NCBI GenBank assembly: GCA_963743585.1
Contig: CAVUQI010000001.1
Coordinates: 500,476 to 564,475 of the forward strand
Reading direction: 5' to 3'
Source: an uncultured Acidobacteriaceae bacterium
Lineage (GTDB): Bacteria; Acidobacteriota; Terriglobia; Terriglobales; Acidobacteriaceae
DNA: 64,000 bases
The translations under genes and the position numbers were made by a program. This document shows positions 40,170 through 49,913 of the stretch, in pieces; positions within the stretch are counted from its first letter, which is position 1; the number at the start of each line of letters is the position of its first letter. The notes under the pieces were generated by a model. That model ran no database searches and was not told the DNA's origin. It was given only the letters and a program-made list of their open reading frames with translations.

Positions 40170-41012
40170 ATGTCCATCGATCGCAAGCGCGGACGCATGG
40201 TTTTCGCAAAGCTGGAACGCGATCTGATCAAGCTCTCTTCGAAACTCCGGCCACAAAACGTGCATGGCTTCCGCACCGGCACGCGGCGTCTACAGATTCT
40301 GCTGATTGAACTTGCTCCGCATCCCGACCGCAAGCATAAAAAATTACTCAAGTCGCTAGGACGAATCCGCAAGCGCGCCGGCAAGCTTCGCGACCTGGAT
40401 GTCCAATTAAGCGCCCTGCGCAGTTTCAAGAGCCCCGGAGAACCGCGTCGCAAGACCCAGTTGATCAACCAATTAATCGAACTGCGCGACCGCCAGGAAA
40501 AGAAACTGCGGAAAACATTGGACAAAGATACCGTCCGAGACCTCCGCAAGCAACTGAAACGCACCGCGAAAGACTTCAGTTTGGAGAAGGCCCGCGATCC
40601 TTTATCGGTCGCCAGAACCATCCTCGGATCGATGAACGGCGCTCCGATCGATGCCGCACTGCTGCACCAGTACCGGATCCGCACCAAGCGCGCGCGCTAT
40701 GCCGCGGAGTTCGCCAAGCCCTCCGACGAAGCGCAACAATTTATCGCTGGAATCAAGCGCGTCCAGGATGCTCTTGGTGATTGGCACGACTGGCTCACGC
40801 TGACCGAGAATGCCCAAAAGCATCTCGGCGAGGTCCGCGAATCGGCGCTAGTGGCCGAACTTCATAACCTGACCGGAGCCAAGTTTCGCCAGGCGGTCTC
40901 GGCGCTCTCGCAAATGCAGCGAAAATCGGCTCCAGCACAAATCTTATCCAAAGCTGCGCCTCTCCCAACGGCCTCGGAATCCAGCAAACCTCAGGCCATT
41001 TCAGCTGCATAA
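40170..41012 (+). CDS. CHAD domain protein (polyphosphate-granule associated family)
   Basis: All-helical, with conserved His/Arg pattern (VHGFRTGTRRLQ, HQYRIRTKRARYAAEF, DWHDW). ATG 40170 chosen. Confidence 0.75.
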   Translation: MSIDRKRGRMVFAKLERDLIKLSSKLRPQNVHGFRTGTRRLQILLIELAPHPDRKHKKLLKSLGRIRKRAGKLRDLDVQLSALRSFKSPGEPRRKTQLINQLIELRDRQEKKLRKTLDKDTVRDLRKQLKRTAKDFSLEKARDPLSVARTILGSMNGAPIDAALLHQYRIRTKRARYAAEFAKPSDEAQQFIAGIKRVQDALGDWHDWLTLTENAQKHLGEVRESALVAELHNLTGAKFRQAVSALSQMQRKSAPAQILSKAAPLPTASESSKPQAISAA

Positions 41013-41690
41013 TCAACCGCAGCCAAGCATCTCTCTTATCCATCCTTCGATTATTTGGCGTACTTCGCGCAAACGGCCTTCGAAAAAGTGGTCGGCGCCT
41101 TCGATCAGAATGAGTTTCTTCGGATCGGATGCGGATGCCACCAGCTGTTCAAGTTTTTCGCGAGGGCCGAATGGGTCACGCGATCCGCTGACGAAGAGTT
41201 TCGCTTTCGAGCAGTTGCTCAGAAAATCGAAATTATAAGTTCGCGGAAGTTCATTTTCCGAAGACGCCGGGGTGACTGGTGTTCCCAGGCTGATTGCCGC
41301 TTTTACTCGCGGATCCGGGCAGGCGGCGCGCAGCCCGACCGCAGCTCCGAAAGAAAATCCGGCGAAGATGAGTGGAAGGTGAAATTCGGAGTCTAGCCAG
41401 TTGAGGGCCGTGCGAACGTCGTCAACCTCGCCCCGACCGTGGTCGTGCTCGCCTTCGCTGAGGCCGGTGCCGCGAAAGTTGAAGCGCAGAACGGGGAACC
41501 CAAAACTGTTCAGCGCCTTCATGGTGTGGAAAACGACTTTGTTGTGCAGCGTGCCACCGAACAGGGGATGCGGATGGCAGACGATCGCGGCGTGTGTGGC
41601 GTTTGGCGCGCCTGTATTCAGCAAGGATTCGAGGCGTCCGGCAGGGCCGTCGAGAAAATGTGAGCGGATGGTTGAATTTACCGGAACCAT
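41013..41690 (-). CDS. Alpha/beta hydrolase (COG2945-like)
   Basis: CHPHPLFGGTLHNKVV, nucleophile elbow GFSFGA, C-terminal ADHFF. Only the last 225 codons of ORF 41013..42314 look protein-like. Confidence 0.75.
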   Translation of the reverse strand: MVPVNSTIRSHFLDGPAGRLESLLNTGAPNATHAAIVCHPHPLFGGTLHNKVVFHTMKALNSFGFPVLRFNFRGTGLSEGEHDHGRGEVDDVRTALNWLDSEFHLPLIFAGFSFGAAVGLRAACPDPRVKAAISLGTPVTPASSENELPRTYNFDFLSNCSKAKLFVSGSRDPFGPREKLEQLVASASDPKKLILIEGADHFFEGRLREVRQIIEGWIREMLGCG

Positions 41691-41779
41691 ATCGTGACCA
41701 TGCAGTCGTCCCTTCGTTAAGCGTAGCACCTGATTGTACAAAAGCCCTTCCATTCCTTTCTGGCGTCTCCAGGCTGTGT

Positions 41780-41807
41780 TTGACAATCCTCTAACGCAAC
41801 GTACAAT
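41780..41807 (+). promoter_or_regulatory. Sigma-70-like promoter candidate for the MFS gene
   Basis: TTGACA, 16-nt spacer, TACAAT. The -10 ends 9 nt before ATG 41817, which would give a near-leaderless transcript. Confidence 0.35.
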
Positions 41808-41816
41808 CCCCGCTGC

Positions 41817-43105
41817 ATGGGGATTGACGCAATCCAACTGATTCAACAGGCGACGCCTGCGCAACGGCGGACCTGCTGGCGGCTGCGCTGGGCTGGGCGT
41901 TGGACGCGTTCGATGCCATGCTCTATGCGCTCGTGCTGGCGTTCTTAATGCGCGACCTCGGTATGAGCAAGACCGCTGCGGGACTGCTGGGCACGCTGAC
42001 CCTGCTCGCTTCCGGGTTAGGCGGTGTGCTGTTTGGTTTTTTTGCCGATCGCATGGGGCGCAAGCGGGCGCTAATGGCCAGCATCCTGACGTATTCGATC
42101 TGCTCCTTTGCTTCTGGACTGGCAACCAGCATCGCGATGCTGGCTGCGGCGAGGTTCGTGCTCGGCCTGGGCATGGGCGGCGAATGGAATACCGGAGCCG
42201 CACTGGTTGCCGAGAGCTGGCCCATGGAACTGCGCGCGAAGGCAATTGCGATCGTGCAGAGTTCGTGGGCTTTCGGCTTTGCGGCAGCGGCGTTGGTGGC
42301 AGGGCCGGTGTCACGGTACTTCGGATGGCGCGCGGTGTTCTTTGTTGGAATTCTTCCGGCGTTGTTGACGTTGTGGATACAGCGGGATGTGCCGGAATCG
42401 AAAATGTGGGAGCAAGCGCTAAAAAAACGGAAGACTGCTTCGATTGCCGGGAGCGGCGCGCGACGAATCCCTGAGAATTTGCCGGGCGAAAGCGAGAGAT
42501 TCTCGGCGATCTTTAATCGAACTTATCGTCGTCATACGATTGCTCTCCTGCTATTTAACTTTTTCTCCCTGTTTGCCTGGTGGGGTTTGTTCACCTGGAT
42601 GCCTCCATATTTGTCTCTGTCCGTGTCGCAAGGTGGACGCGGATTTGGCGTAGTAGGCACCACCACGCTGCTGGTGATTTTGAATCTGGTGGGGATGTTC
42701 CCTGGGTACGCCACTTTCGGGTGGGTGGCTGAGCGGCTGGGACGCCGCAAGGCATTTCTGCTCTACAGCCTAATGGCTGCGCTTCTGATTCCGCTGTATG
42801 CCGCGGCCCGCGGGACAGCGTCTCTTATGGCGATGGGGACCTTGGTCGCGTTCTTCGCGACTGGACTGTTTTCCGGCTCGGGAATCATGGGCAGCGAAAT
42901 TTATCCAACCAGCTTGCGGGCACGTGGCCTTGGATTTACCTATAACGGTGCGCGCGCGATGAGTTCGGTTGCGCCACTGGTGATCGGGCGAGTCGGGCAG
43001 ACGAGAGGTTTGGGCGCCGCGTTTTACTTGTGCGCGGCCGGATATCTGCTGGCCACTTTGGTGGCAACGCAATTGCCTGAGACACGCGGCAAGGCCCTCG
43101 AGTAA
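41817..43105 (+). pseudogene. MFS transporter, apparent 1-nt deletion in codon 19-20
   Basis: MGIDAIQLIQQATPAQRR (frame of ATG 41817) continues as (T)LLAAALGWALDAFDAMLYALV... in the frame of ORF 41900..43105. Junction near 41868..41873; length 3n+2. 12-TM layout. Confidence 0.65.
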
Positions 43106-43124
43106 TTCGCGGCGACCTCCAATT

Positions 43125-44108
43125 TCACTCGATCGGGTCGACCACGAGCGAACTGTCAGCTGCAGATCGACCTGGGTGCTGAACGATGACGATGGCCGCG
43201 AGCACAAAGACGATTCCCAAACTTTGAATCGGCCGCAACACTTCCCCGAGTAAAAGCGCGGCCAGAAGTATCGAGAAGACAGGCTCGAGACAACTGGCAA
43301 TAATCGCGCGAGTCGGTTCGAGATGCTGCAGACCGAGAAAATATAACGAGAACGCGCCCAGCACAGAGATCATCGAGAAAACAAAAAGGAACAACCATTG
43401 CGCGGGAGCGTAGTGGGCACGAGCGATTTTCCAAGGTGGATCAATCACAAGCCAGAAGGCGGCCGCCGCGGCGAGAGTCCAAACCAGCACGCGCCAGCGG
43501 TCGTAGCGTGCCAGAATGCGGTGCCCGCCGATGTTGTAAAACGCGAACGAGAACGAAGCTAGCAGCGCCGCGATGAGGCCGTAGGCATCGATGCGAAAGT
43601 TCGAGAGCGAGCCCGAACCGATAAGGCCGATGACGAGTGCGGTCCCTGCTAACGCCATCGCGACTGCGAGAACTTTCTGTAGCGTGAGCTTTTGCTGGCG
43701 GCGAGCGACTACATAGAACAACACCCACACCGGGGCCGTATATTGCACGATGATGGCGACGGCCACGTTGATGCGCTGAATGGCGACGTAGTAGAAGTAG
43801 TTCGAGACCGCAACCCCGAGAATTCCGAGAACGAAGCAATATGCCAGATCGCGCGGGGGTAGCTTGATGCGCTGCCATCCTTGCGTGACGGCGAGAAATG
43901 GCAAAAGTACGAGCAGGGAGAAAGTTGTGCGGGTCTGAGAAAGAATCAGCGGATCGATGGGATGCATCGCGGCGTGACTTAGCGGCAGCCTGCCGGTGAA
44001 GACGGCGCGGCCAAGGGCGGCAGAAACTCCCCATAAAAACGCGGCCGAGGCGATGAACAGGTAGCCGCGGAGCGGATGGGGAGCTTGGTCTTTCTTTTGG
44101 TTTGGAAT
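43125..44108 (-). CDS. EamA/DMT family transporter (start codon uncertain)
   Basis: ORF 43125..43967 is open in frame up to the stop at 44127..44129. The extension encodes TM1 (PLRGYLFIASAAFLWGVSAALGRAVF), but it contains no ATG, GTG or TTG. ATT 44106..44108 sits 6 nt after GAGG. Confidence 0.65.
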   Translation of the reverse strand: MPNQKKDQAPHPLRGYLFIASAAFLWGVSAALGRAVFTGRLPLSHAAMHPIDPLILSQTRTTFSLLVLLPFLAVTQGWQRIKLPPRDLAYCFVLGILGVAVSNYFYYVAIQRINVAVAIIVQYTAPVWVLFYVVARRQQKLTLQKVLAVAMALAGTALVIGLIGSGSLSNFRIDAYGLIAALLASFSFAFYNIGGHRILARYDRWRVLVWTLAAAAAFWLVIDPPWKIARAHYAPAQWLFLFVFSMISVLGAFSLYFLGLQHLEPTRAIIASCLEPVFSILLAALLLGEVLRPIQSLGIVFVLAAIVIVQHPGRSAADSSLVVDPIE

Positions 44109-44126
44109 GGCCAGCCTCTGGTCGCA

Positions 44127-44525
44127 CTACGCGTCGACGTATTCAATTTCGAAGGTGATCTTTGCAGTTTTTTCGAGCATGGCCGAGACGGAACAGTATT
44201 TTTCTTTGGAGAGCCGCACTGCGTCTTCGGCGGCCTTGTGCGACACTTTGCCGCCGATGCGATAAATGAGTTTGATCTTCGTGAAGACTGAGGGTGGTTC
44301 TTTCGCGCGCTCGGCCTCCGCGCGAACTTCGAGACTGGTAAATGGCTCGCGTTTCTTCTCCAAGATTGAAACTACGTCGTAGCCAGTGCAACCGCAAAGG
44401 CCAATCAGGACCAACTCAACCGGACTGTTGCCCTTGGCTTTGTCGCCATCGGCGACGATTGCATGGCCGCTGTCGGCGACGGAGTTGAAGACCCGCTTTT
44501 CTTTCCAGGTGGCTTTAGCGTGCAT
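44127..44525 (-). CDS. OsmC/Ohr family peroxiredoxin-like protein
   Basis: 132 aa, with conserved Cys pair (GLCGCTGYD ... KYCSVS). Confidence 0.85.
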   Translation of the reverse strand: MHAKATWKEKRVFNSVADSGHAIVADGDKAKGNSPVELVLIGLCGCTGYDVVSILEKKREPFTSLEVRAEAERAKEPPSVFTKIKLIYRIGGKVSHKAAEDAVRLSKEKYCSVSAMLEKTAKITFEIEYVDA

Positions 44526-44546
44526 CAGAATGTTCTCCCATGAAGT

Positions 44547-45977
44547 CTACCGCCGGTTGTCGGTGCTGGGTTCAGGATGAATGAGCACACGAAATAATTC
44601 TGGGGCTGCGTGCTTCAATTGAATTTCAAATTCGGTCTGAATGTCGTGAACGCGGGCAAGCGGCAGATCATCCGAAAACGTGCAGTGGCAGGAGACGTAC
44701 AAGCGTCCGCGAACTTTTTTGACTTCCACTTCGTGCACGTCAACGATCTCGGGGAACTCTTGGGCAACTTTCTTTAGTTTACGCTCCAGGTTGGCATCGC
44801 GAACGAGCGTGTCCCCTGCTTCTATGGTTGCCGGCTCGCTTTCAATGTGGGTAAGGATATCGGCAATTTCTGGCACTTCGCCGCGCATCGCGGCTTCGAG
44901 TTCGGTGACCTGATCGTGAGCGCTTTTCAACGTCAGGTTCTCATCCAGTTCAACATGCTGCTCCACGTGGAGGCGTCCGGCCAAATCCTGCACGCTGATG
45001 TCGTGAACGTTCAAATTGTGGCGCGTGGCGACGGCGCGAATGCGGTCGAAAATATTTTCCGAGCGCTGCGCTCGCGGCAGCGGCTGCACGGTGACATCGG
45101 CATCGGGAAGAATGCGCTGCACCGCGTCGGTGACCGCGCCTACCAGTTGCTCCGATCGCTGGAAAGTGACGGTACGGGCGAAGCCCACGGCCAGATCGGC
45201 GAAATAGCGATTGCCGGCGCGGCGGATGCGGACGCGGCCGATCTCGAGAACACCATCGACGTGTGAAACAGCATCCGTGATCTGGGCGCGAACCCCGGTG
45301 GGCGCGGCATCCAGCAGGGCGTCAATCGTCCGGCGCGCCAGGCGCCAGCTCACAGAAACGATGACTCCGCCCACAAATAGAGCGGCGACCGGGTCGGCTT
45401 TCGCGAACCAGGGAACGTGATAGGAGCGGCCCAACAGCACCAGCACCAGGCCAAGCACGACTACGCCAGCCGACCAGATGTCAGTGGAGAAGTGCAGCGC
45501 GTCGGCTTCGAGCGCCTGACTCTCGTATTTGGTGGCGATGCGGCCGAGCGCGCGGGAACGCCACCAGTCGACCGCCATGGATATGAGCATCACGGCGAAG
45601 GCCCAAATTGAGGGTTCGACCTCCACCTGGCGGAAAAAAAGCCGCACAACCGCTTCATAGATCACCCAGGCGCAGGTGATCAGAAGCAGGCCAGTTTCAA
45701 CGAAGGCGGAGAAGTTTTCTATCTTTCCGTGGCCGTATTGGTGGTCGGCATCGGCGGGTTTGTCGGAGACTCCAACAGAGAAATATGTTAGCGATGCGGC
45801 GATCAAATCGAGGGCGGAATGCGCCGCTTCCGAGAGAATGCCCAGGCTGCCGGTGGTGACGCCGACGACAATTTTCGCCGCTGTCATGAAGAGCGCCGCG
45901 GCAACGGAGTTTCCCGCTACGGAGCGTTTTTCCGCGCGCATGGCGCTCGGCGAATAAAGGGCCGGGGTCCCGGACAT
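44547..45977 (-). CDS. Cation diffusion facilitator (CDF) family transporter with duplicated C-terminal dimerisation domain
   Basis: HSALD and HxxxD motifs in TM2/TM5; two ZT_dimer-like C-terminal modules. Confidence 0.85.
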   Translation of the reverse strand: MSGTPALYSPSAMRAEKRSVAGNSVAAALFMTAAKIVVGVTTGSLGILSEAAHSALDLIAASLTYFSVGVSDKPADADHQYGHGKIENFSAFVETGLLLITCAWVIYEAVVRLFFRQVEVEPSIWAFAVMLISMAVDWWRSRALGRIATKYESQALEADALHFSTDIWSAGVVVLGLVLVLLGRSYHVPWFAKADPVAALFVGGVIVSVSWRLARRTIDALLDAAPTGVRAQITDAVSHVDGVLEIGRVRIRRAGNRYFADLAVGFARTVTFQRSEQLVGAVTDAVQRILPDADVTVQPLPRAQRSENIFDRIRAVATRHNLNVHDISVQDLAGRLHVEQHVELDENLTLKSAHDQVTELEAAMRGEVPEIADILTHIESEPATIEAGDTLVRDANLERKLKKVAQEFPEIVDVHEVEVKKVRGRLYVSCHCTFSDDLPLARVHDIQTEFEIQLKHAAPELFRVLIHPEPSTDNRR

Positions 45978-46106
45978 GATGGGATTATCGCCGCTTATGC
46001 AGAATTGCGCCAAGGGAATGTCGTGTGCGAATCAAGAGATGGGCCCCTTCCAGGAAGGCCACTTTGTGGGAGAAGTTTCGATGAAGGGCTTCTCTTCTGT
46101 CCGAAA

Positions 46107-47288
46107 TCAATTTCTCAGAACTATGGCTACTGGATCATTTCCCGTTTGAACCGTCCCCGCAGGAGTTAATACACCGGTCGGGCCAACGCTGTAAATCGAC
46201 AGTGAACTGTCATCCTGATTTCCCACGTAGACAAAGGTACCGGCAGCGTTGACAGCAATTGGATAAGGCCAACCGCCAGCTTGTACTGTGCTCGGAGCAT
46301 TTGCGGACAGAGTGCCGGTCGATGGGTCGATGTTGTACATGGATACCGTGCCGTCATAACGATTTACTACGTAAGCGAACTTGCCCGAAGGATGCACGGC
46401 CATATACGCCGGCTGGTTTCCTGCAGGAACCAAAACCGCCGGGTTCGGCGTCAGCGTCCCTGTTATGGCATCAACGGTGTACATATAAACATCGCCTATA
46501 TCCTCGTCCGGGACGTAGGAAAATTTACCTTCAGGATCAAAGCTCACTTGCCACGGATAAGGGCCGGCGATGACACCGGCTGGGTTTGTCGGGGTCAAGG
46601 CGCCGGTCTTCGAATTTATGGAAAACGTCGAAATTGAGCCGTTGCCCGCGTCACTCACATAAAGAAACTGTCCTGAGGGGCCAACGGTGACGAACCCTGG
46701 GCTGGAGAACGAGGAACGCGACGAAAACAGCGGAGGCACAAACGTTTCGGAGGGTGATAGCGGGGTTAGCAGGCCATTGCTTGTGTTGGTGGTGAACATC
46801 GAAACCGAGTTGTCATCGCTGTTTGCCGTGTAGACGAAGTTGGCGGAAGCCGCGATTCCCTGCGGATAAAAGCCGGTGGGAACCTGCCCCGGAGTGGTTG
46901 CCGTCAGCATGCCCGTATTGGGGTCAATGGTGAACATGGAAACCGTTGCGGCATCGGTTGCATTCGACCCGAGATTCGCAACGTAAAGGAACCTGCCTGT
47001 CGGATCGATCGCCATGGACTCGGCGTTGAATCCGTTATCGACACCCGTCGGAACCGTCGCCGGGTTCGAGCCCGTCAGAGCGCCGGTGCAAGAGTCCGCC
47101 GTGTACATGGAAATTGTCGCATCGGCAGAGTTTAGAACGTACGCGAATTCGGGATGGGTGGACGGTACACAGCTAGGTGAAGGACTGGGCGGAGGAGTAC
47201 TTGCCGGGGTAGTAGCCATTTGTCCACAGCCGGTTCCAATTGCGACGAGGCAAGCCAGGAACGCGATTCGGGGAAAAGCGGCGCGCAT
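46107..47288 (-). CDS. Beta-propeller lactonase-family lipoprotein
   Basis: GGAGGG before ATG 47288; lipobox LVAIGTGC; repeats of the type FxYVxNxxxxxVSMYxxDxxTGxLT. Confidence 0.75.
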   Translation of the reverse strand: MRAAFPRIAFLACLVAIGTGCGQMATTPASTPPPSPSPSCVPSTHPEFAYVLNSADATISMYTADSCTGALTGSNPATVPTGVDNGFNAESMAIDPTGRFLYVANLGSNATDAATVSMFTIDPNTGMLTATTPGQVPTGFYPQGIAASANFVYTANSDDNSVSMFTTNTSNGLLTPLSPSETFVPPLFSSRSSFSSPGFVTVGPSGQFLYVSDAGNGSISTFSINSKTGALTPTNPAGVIAGPYPWQVSFDPEGKFSYVPDEDIGDVYMYTVDAITGTLTPNPAVLVPAGNQPAYMAVHPSGKFAYVVNRYDGTVSMYNIDPSTGTLSANAPSTVQAGGWPYPIAVNAAGTFVYVGNQDDSSLSIYSVGPTGVLTPAGTVQTGNDPVAIVLRN

Positions 47289-47618
47289 AATCCCTCCGAA
47301 AAGTTCGTCTACTCCTAATTTTATTATAGCTGTCAATGAGGGATCGCCCACCTTTGCACTTTGCGTCGCCACAAGTACAAGGTAAGTTGCCTCAATTATC
47401 ATTGGCGTCGTAATGACGGGCCAACCCGAAAAGGCGTCGCCTGAGCGGGCTTCGGGACGGGAACGAAGACCAGAACTCTCGGCCACCCGTCATCGACCTT
47501 CGACTGTTGACCTTCGGTAAATACAAAGCCAACGCTTTTGGCGGGAATCGGCTCTATGCTAGGATGCTAGGTTCGGTTGATTCAACTTCCTGATTCACCA
47601 ATCCTGGAGGATTTTGGT

Positions 47619-48815
47619 ATGCGTAAGAGCTGGTTGTTGTGTGTGTTGATGGGAGCATTGGCGCAGGGACAGGCAGCGCCACCGGCCGCTCCGGCCCACT
47701 CCAATGCGGAGCCCGGGGGCGCGGCTAAAGCGCCTACACCGGCTGCCGAAGTACCTGAAAGCGCCGTCGTACTCACAATCAAGGGCGTCTGTTCCCCATC
47801 AGTGAAGGCAGCGACGGCCTCAAAAACCGCTGCTAGCAAGGCCGGCTCGGCCAAGAAATCGGCCGAGTGCGAAACCACGATTACGCGCGCGCAATTTGAA
47901 AAAATTGCGACTTCGCTTTCGCCGAATGTGACTCCGCAATTGAAGCACCAACTGGAGACCGTGCTGCCCCGGTTCATGGCGATGTCAGATGCTGCGAAAG
48001 AAAAAGGGCTCGACAAAACGCCACATTTTGAAGAAATGATGAAGATCGTGCGGATGCAGGTCCTGACGCAAGAGCTCCAGCGGTCGCTGCAGGAACAATC
48101 CGACAAGATAACCCCTCAGGAAGTCGACAGCTATTACAAAGAACATCCCGAAGCCTACGAGCAATATTCGCTCGACCGGTTGTTCATTCCGCGCTTCAAA
48201 CAGGTCCAGCCGGAAGCCGAACCGAAAGACATGACGGAGGAGCAGCGCAAGGCGAAAGATGCCGAAAACAAAGCCAAGCAGGAGCAAGGCGAGCAGGAAC
48301 TGAACAAGCTGGCGGATAGTTTGCGGGCGAAGGCAGCCTCCGGAGAGGATTTTGCGGAACTGCAGAAGGAAGCCTTCCAAGCGGCTGGCGAAAAGGTTGA
48401 AAATCCCACGGTGAGCCTGCCCAAGGTACGGCGCACAGGCTTGCCTCCTGCGCACGCCGCGGTTTTCGATCTGAAAGTGGGCGAGGTATCGCAAGTCATC
48501 AGCGATAATGGCGGACATTATGTTTACAAAGTTGTGAGCAAAGAAGTTGTTCCGCTCGACCAGGTCAAGGATGAAATCCACAACAAGCTCAAATCCGAGC
48601 GCATGAAGGAATTGATGGACAAATACACGAACTCATTCCAGGCAATCCCGAACGAAGCTTACTTTGGGCCGCCGGCCGGGCCCGGCATGATGATGCCTGG
48701 AGGACCATCGCGGCCTCATCAGATGGCTCCGCCGCCCAGGCCGGGCTCTGGGCCGGCAGGTGCGGGTCCATCACAGCAGCCTTCCGGGCAAGCGCCGCAA
48801 TCACAACCGAACTGA
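47619..48815 (+). CDS. Peptidyl-prolyl isomerase (parvulin/SurA-like) with Pro/Gly-rich tail
   Basis: Signal peptide; parvulin-like segment PPAHAAVFDLKVGEVSQVISDNGGHYVYKV. Confidence 0.75.
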   Translation: MRKSWLLCVLMGALAQGQAAPPAAPAHSNAEPGGAAKAPTPAAEVPESAVVLTIKGVCSPSVKAATASKTAASKAGSAKKSAECETTITRAQFEKIATSLSPNVTPQLKHQLETVLPRFMAMSDAAKEKGLDKTPHFEEMMKIVRMQVLTQELQRSLQEQSDKITPQEVDSYYKEHPEAYEQYSLDRLFIPRFKQVQPEAEPKDMTEEQRKAKDAENKAKQEQGEQELNKLADSLRAKAASGEDFAELQKEAFQAAGEKVENPTVSLPKVRRTGLPPAHAAVFDLKVGEVSQVISDNGGHYVYKVVSKEVVPLDQVKDEIHNKLKSERMKELMDKYTNSFQAIPNEAYFGPPAGPGMMMPGGPSRPHQMAPPPRPGSGPAGAGPSQQPSGQAPQSQPN

Positions 48816-49870
48816 TGTTGACCGAGAAGCCTGTCGTCGTGGTCACCGGCATTGCGGGCAACCTGGGATCCAGATTGCTCCCGCTGCTGAAGGACTTCTC
48901 GGTGATCGGGGTGGACTTTGTTTCACCCCTCACGCAAGCTGCGCTGCAGTTCGAGAAGCTTGATCTTGGCGAAGAGGCTTCCACGCGGACTTTTTATGAG
49001 CTGCTGCGGGACACGCGACCGGTTTCGGTGGTCCATCTGGCGTTCGTGATCGATCCCGTGAGAACGGGAGTGCTCGATCTCGACCGCATGTGGCAGATCA
49101 ATGTGGCCGGGACGGCGCGCGTAATGGAAGCCATTACCGAGGCCAATCGAACCTCGGAGGCGCCCGTCAAGCGATTCGTCTTCCCCAGCAGTGTTTCGGC
49201 CTACGGCCCCAATCTCCCGGCGCCAGCCACGGAAGATTCCATTCTTGCGGCCCACACTTTACCGTATGCGGTCCATAAGAAGCAGTCGGACGAAGTGGTG
49301 CAGCAGCGGGCCCCCGCTATGCGGGGATGCAGCGTCTATATTTTGCGTCCCCATATTTTTGTTGGAGCTAGCGTAGAGAATTATCTGCTGGGAGCTTTCC
49401 GGGGCACGCCGAACGGGAAGAGCAGGCGGGCAGAGAAGATGCGCGCCGAAGGCAAGCGCCTGCCCTGCATGTTGCCGCGGGGCCAAAAATATCTCGACCA
49501 CAAAATCCAGTTCGTGCATGTGGACGATATGGCCAGGCTGATCGCGCACATTCTGCAGCGCGATCCGGAGGCGCAACGGCTCACGATTTTGAACGTGGCT
49601 GGCCGCGGCGATCCATTGACGTTGGGCAGATGCGTCGAAATGGCGCAGGCAAATTTATTGCGAGTTCCGGGAAAATGGGTGATGGGCGCGGTGCTGAAGG
49701 TGTTGTGGAAGCAAGGAATTTCGGCAATCCCTCCTGAGGCGCTGCCTTACATCACCGGCGAGTACATCATGAATACTGCCCGGCTGCGCACATTTCTGGA
49801 TGGCGAGTATGAAGACGTAATCCGTTATACGATTGCCGATGCTTTTGCCGACAGCTTCAAGGGCAATTAG
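48815..49870 (+). CDS. NAD-dependent epimerase/dehydratase family protein
   Basis: VVVTGIAGNLGSRLL Rossmann motif; YAVHK (YxxxK). Confidence 0.8.
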   Translation: MLTEKPVVVVTGIAGNLGSRLLPLLKDFSVIGVDFVSPLTQAALQFEKLDLGEEASTRTFYELLRDTRPVSVVHLAFVIDPVRTGVLDLDRMWQINVAGTARVMEAITEANRTSEAPVKRFVFPSSVSAYGPNLPAPATEDSILAAHTLPYAVHKKQSDEVVQQRAPAMRGCSVYILRPHIFVGASVENYLLGAFRGTPNGKSRRAEKMRAEGKRLPCMLPRGQKYLDHKIQFVHVDDMARLIAHILQRDPEAQRLTILNVAGRGDPLTLGRCVEMAQANLLRVPGKWVMGAVLKVLWKQGISAIPPEALPYITGEYIMNTARLRTFLDGEYEDVIRYTIADAFADSFKGN

Positions 49871-49913
49871 CAGGCACAGCAGTCAACAGGCGGCAAGCCG
49901 CGTCCTGAACTGC

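Noticed and set aside
41691-42314. N-terminal 208 codons of ORF 41013..42314.
   Set aside because: This is a Pro/Arg/Ser-rich stretch overlapping the MFS gene on the other strand. The hydrolase fold begins at Met 41690 (alternative 41753).
43441-44127. 228-aa minus-strand ORF overlapping the EamA gene.
   Set aside because: It is out of frame with the EamA reading frame, Arg/Ser/His-rich, and has no TM helices. The EamA frame explains the region.
47556-47571. Tandem 8-mer ATGCTAGGATGCTAGG upstream of the PPIase gene, and GGAGTTAC-N5-GGAGTTAC at 25303..25323.
   Set aside because: Each has only two short copies, compatible with chance. No supporting context.
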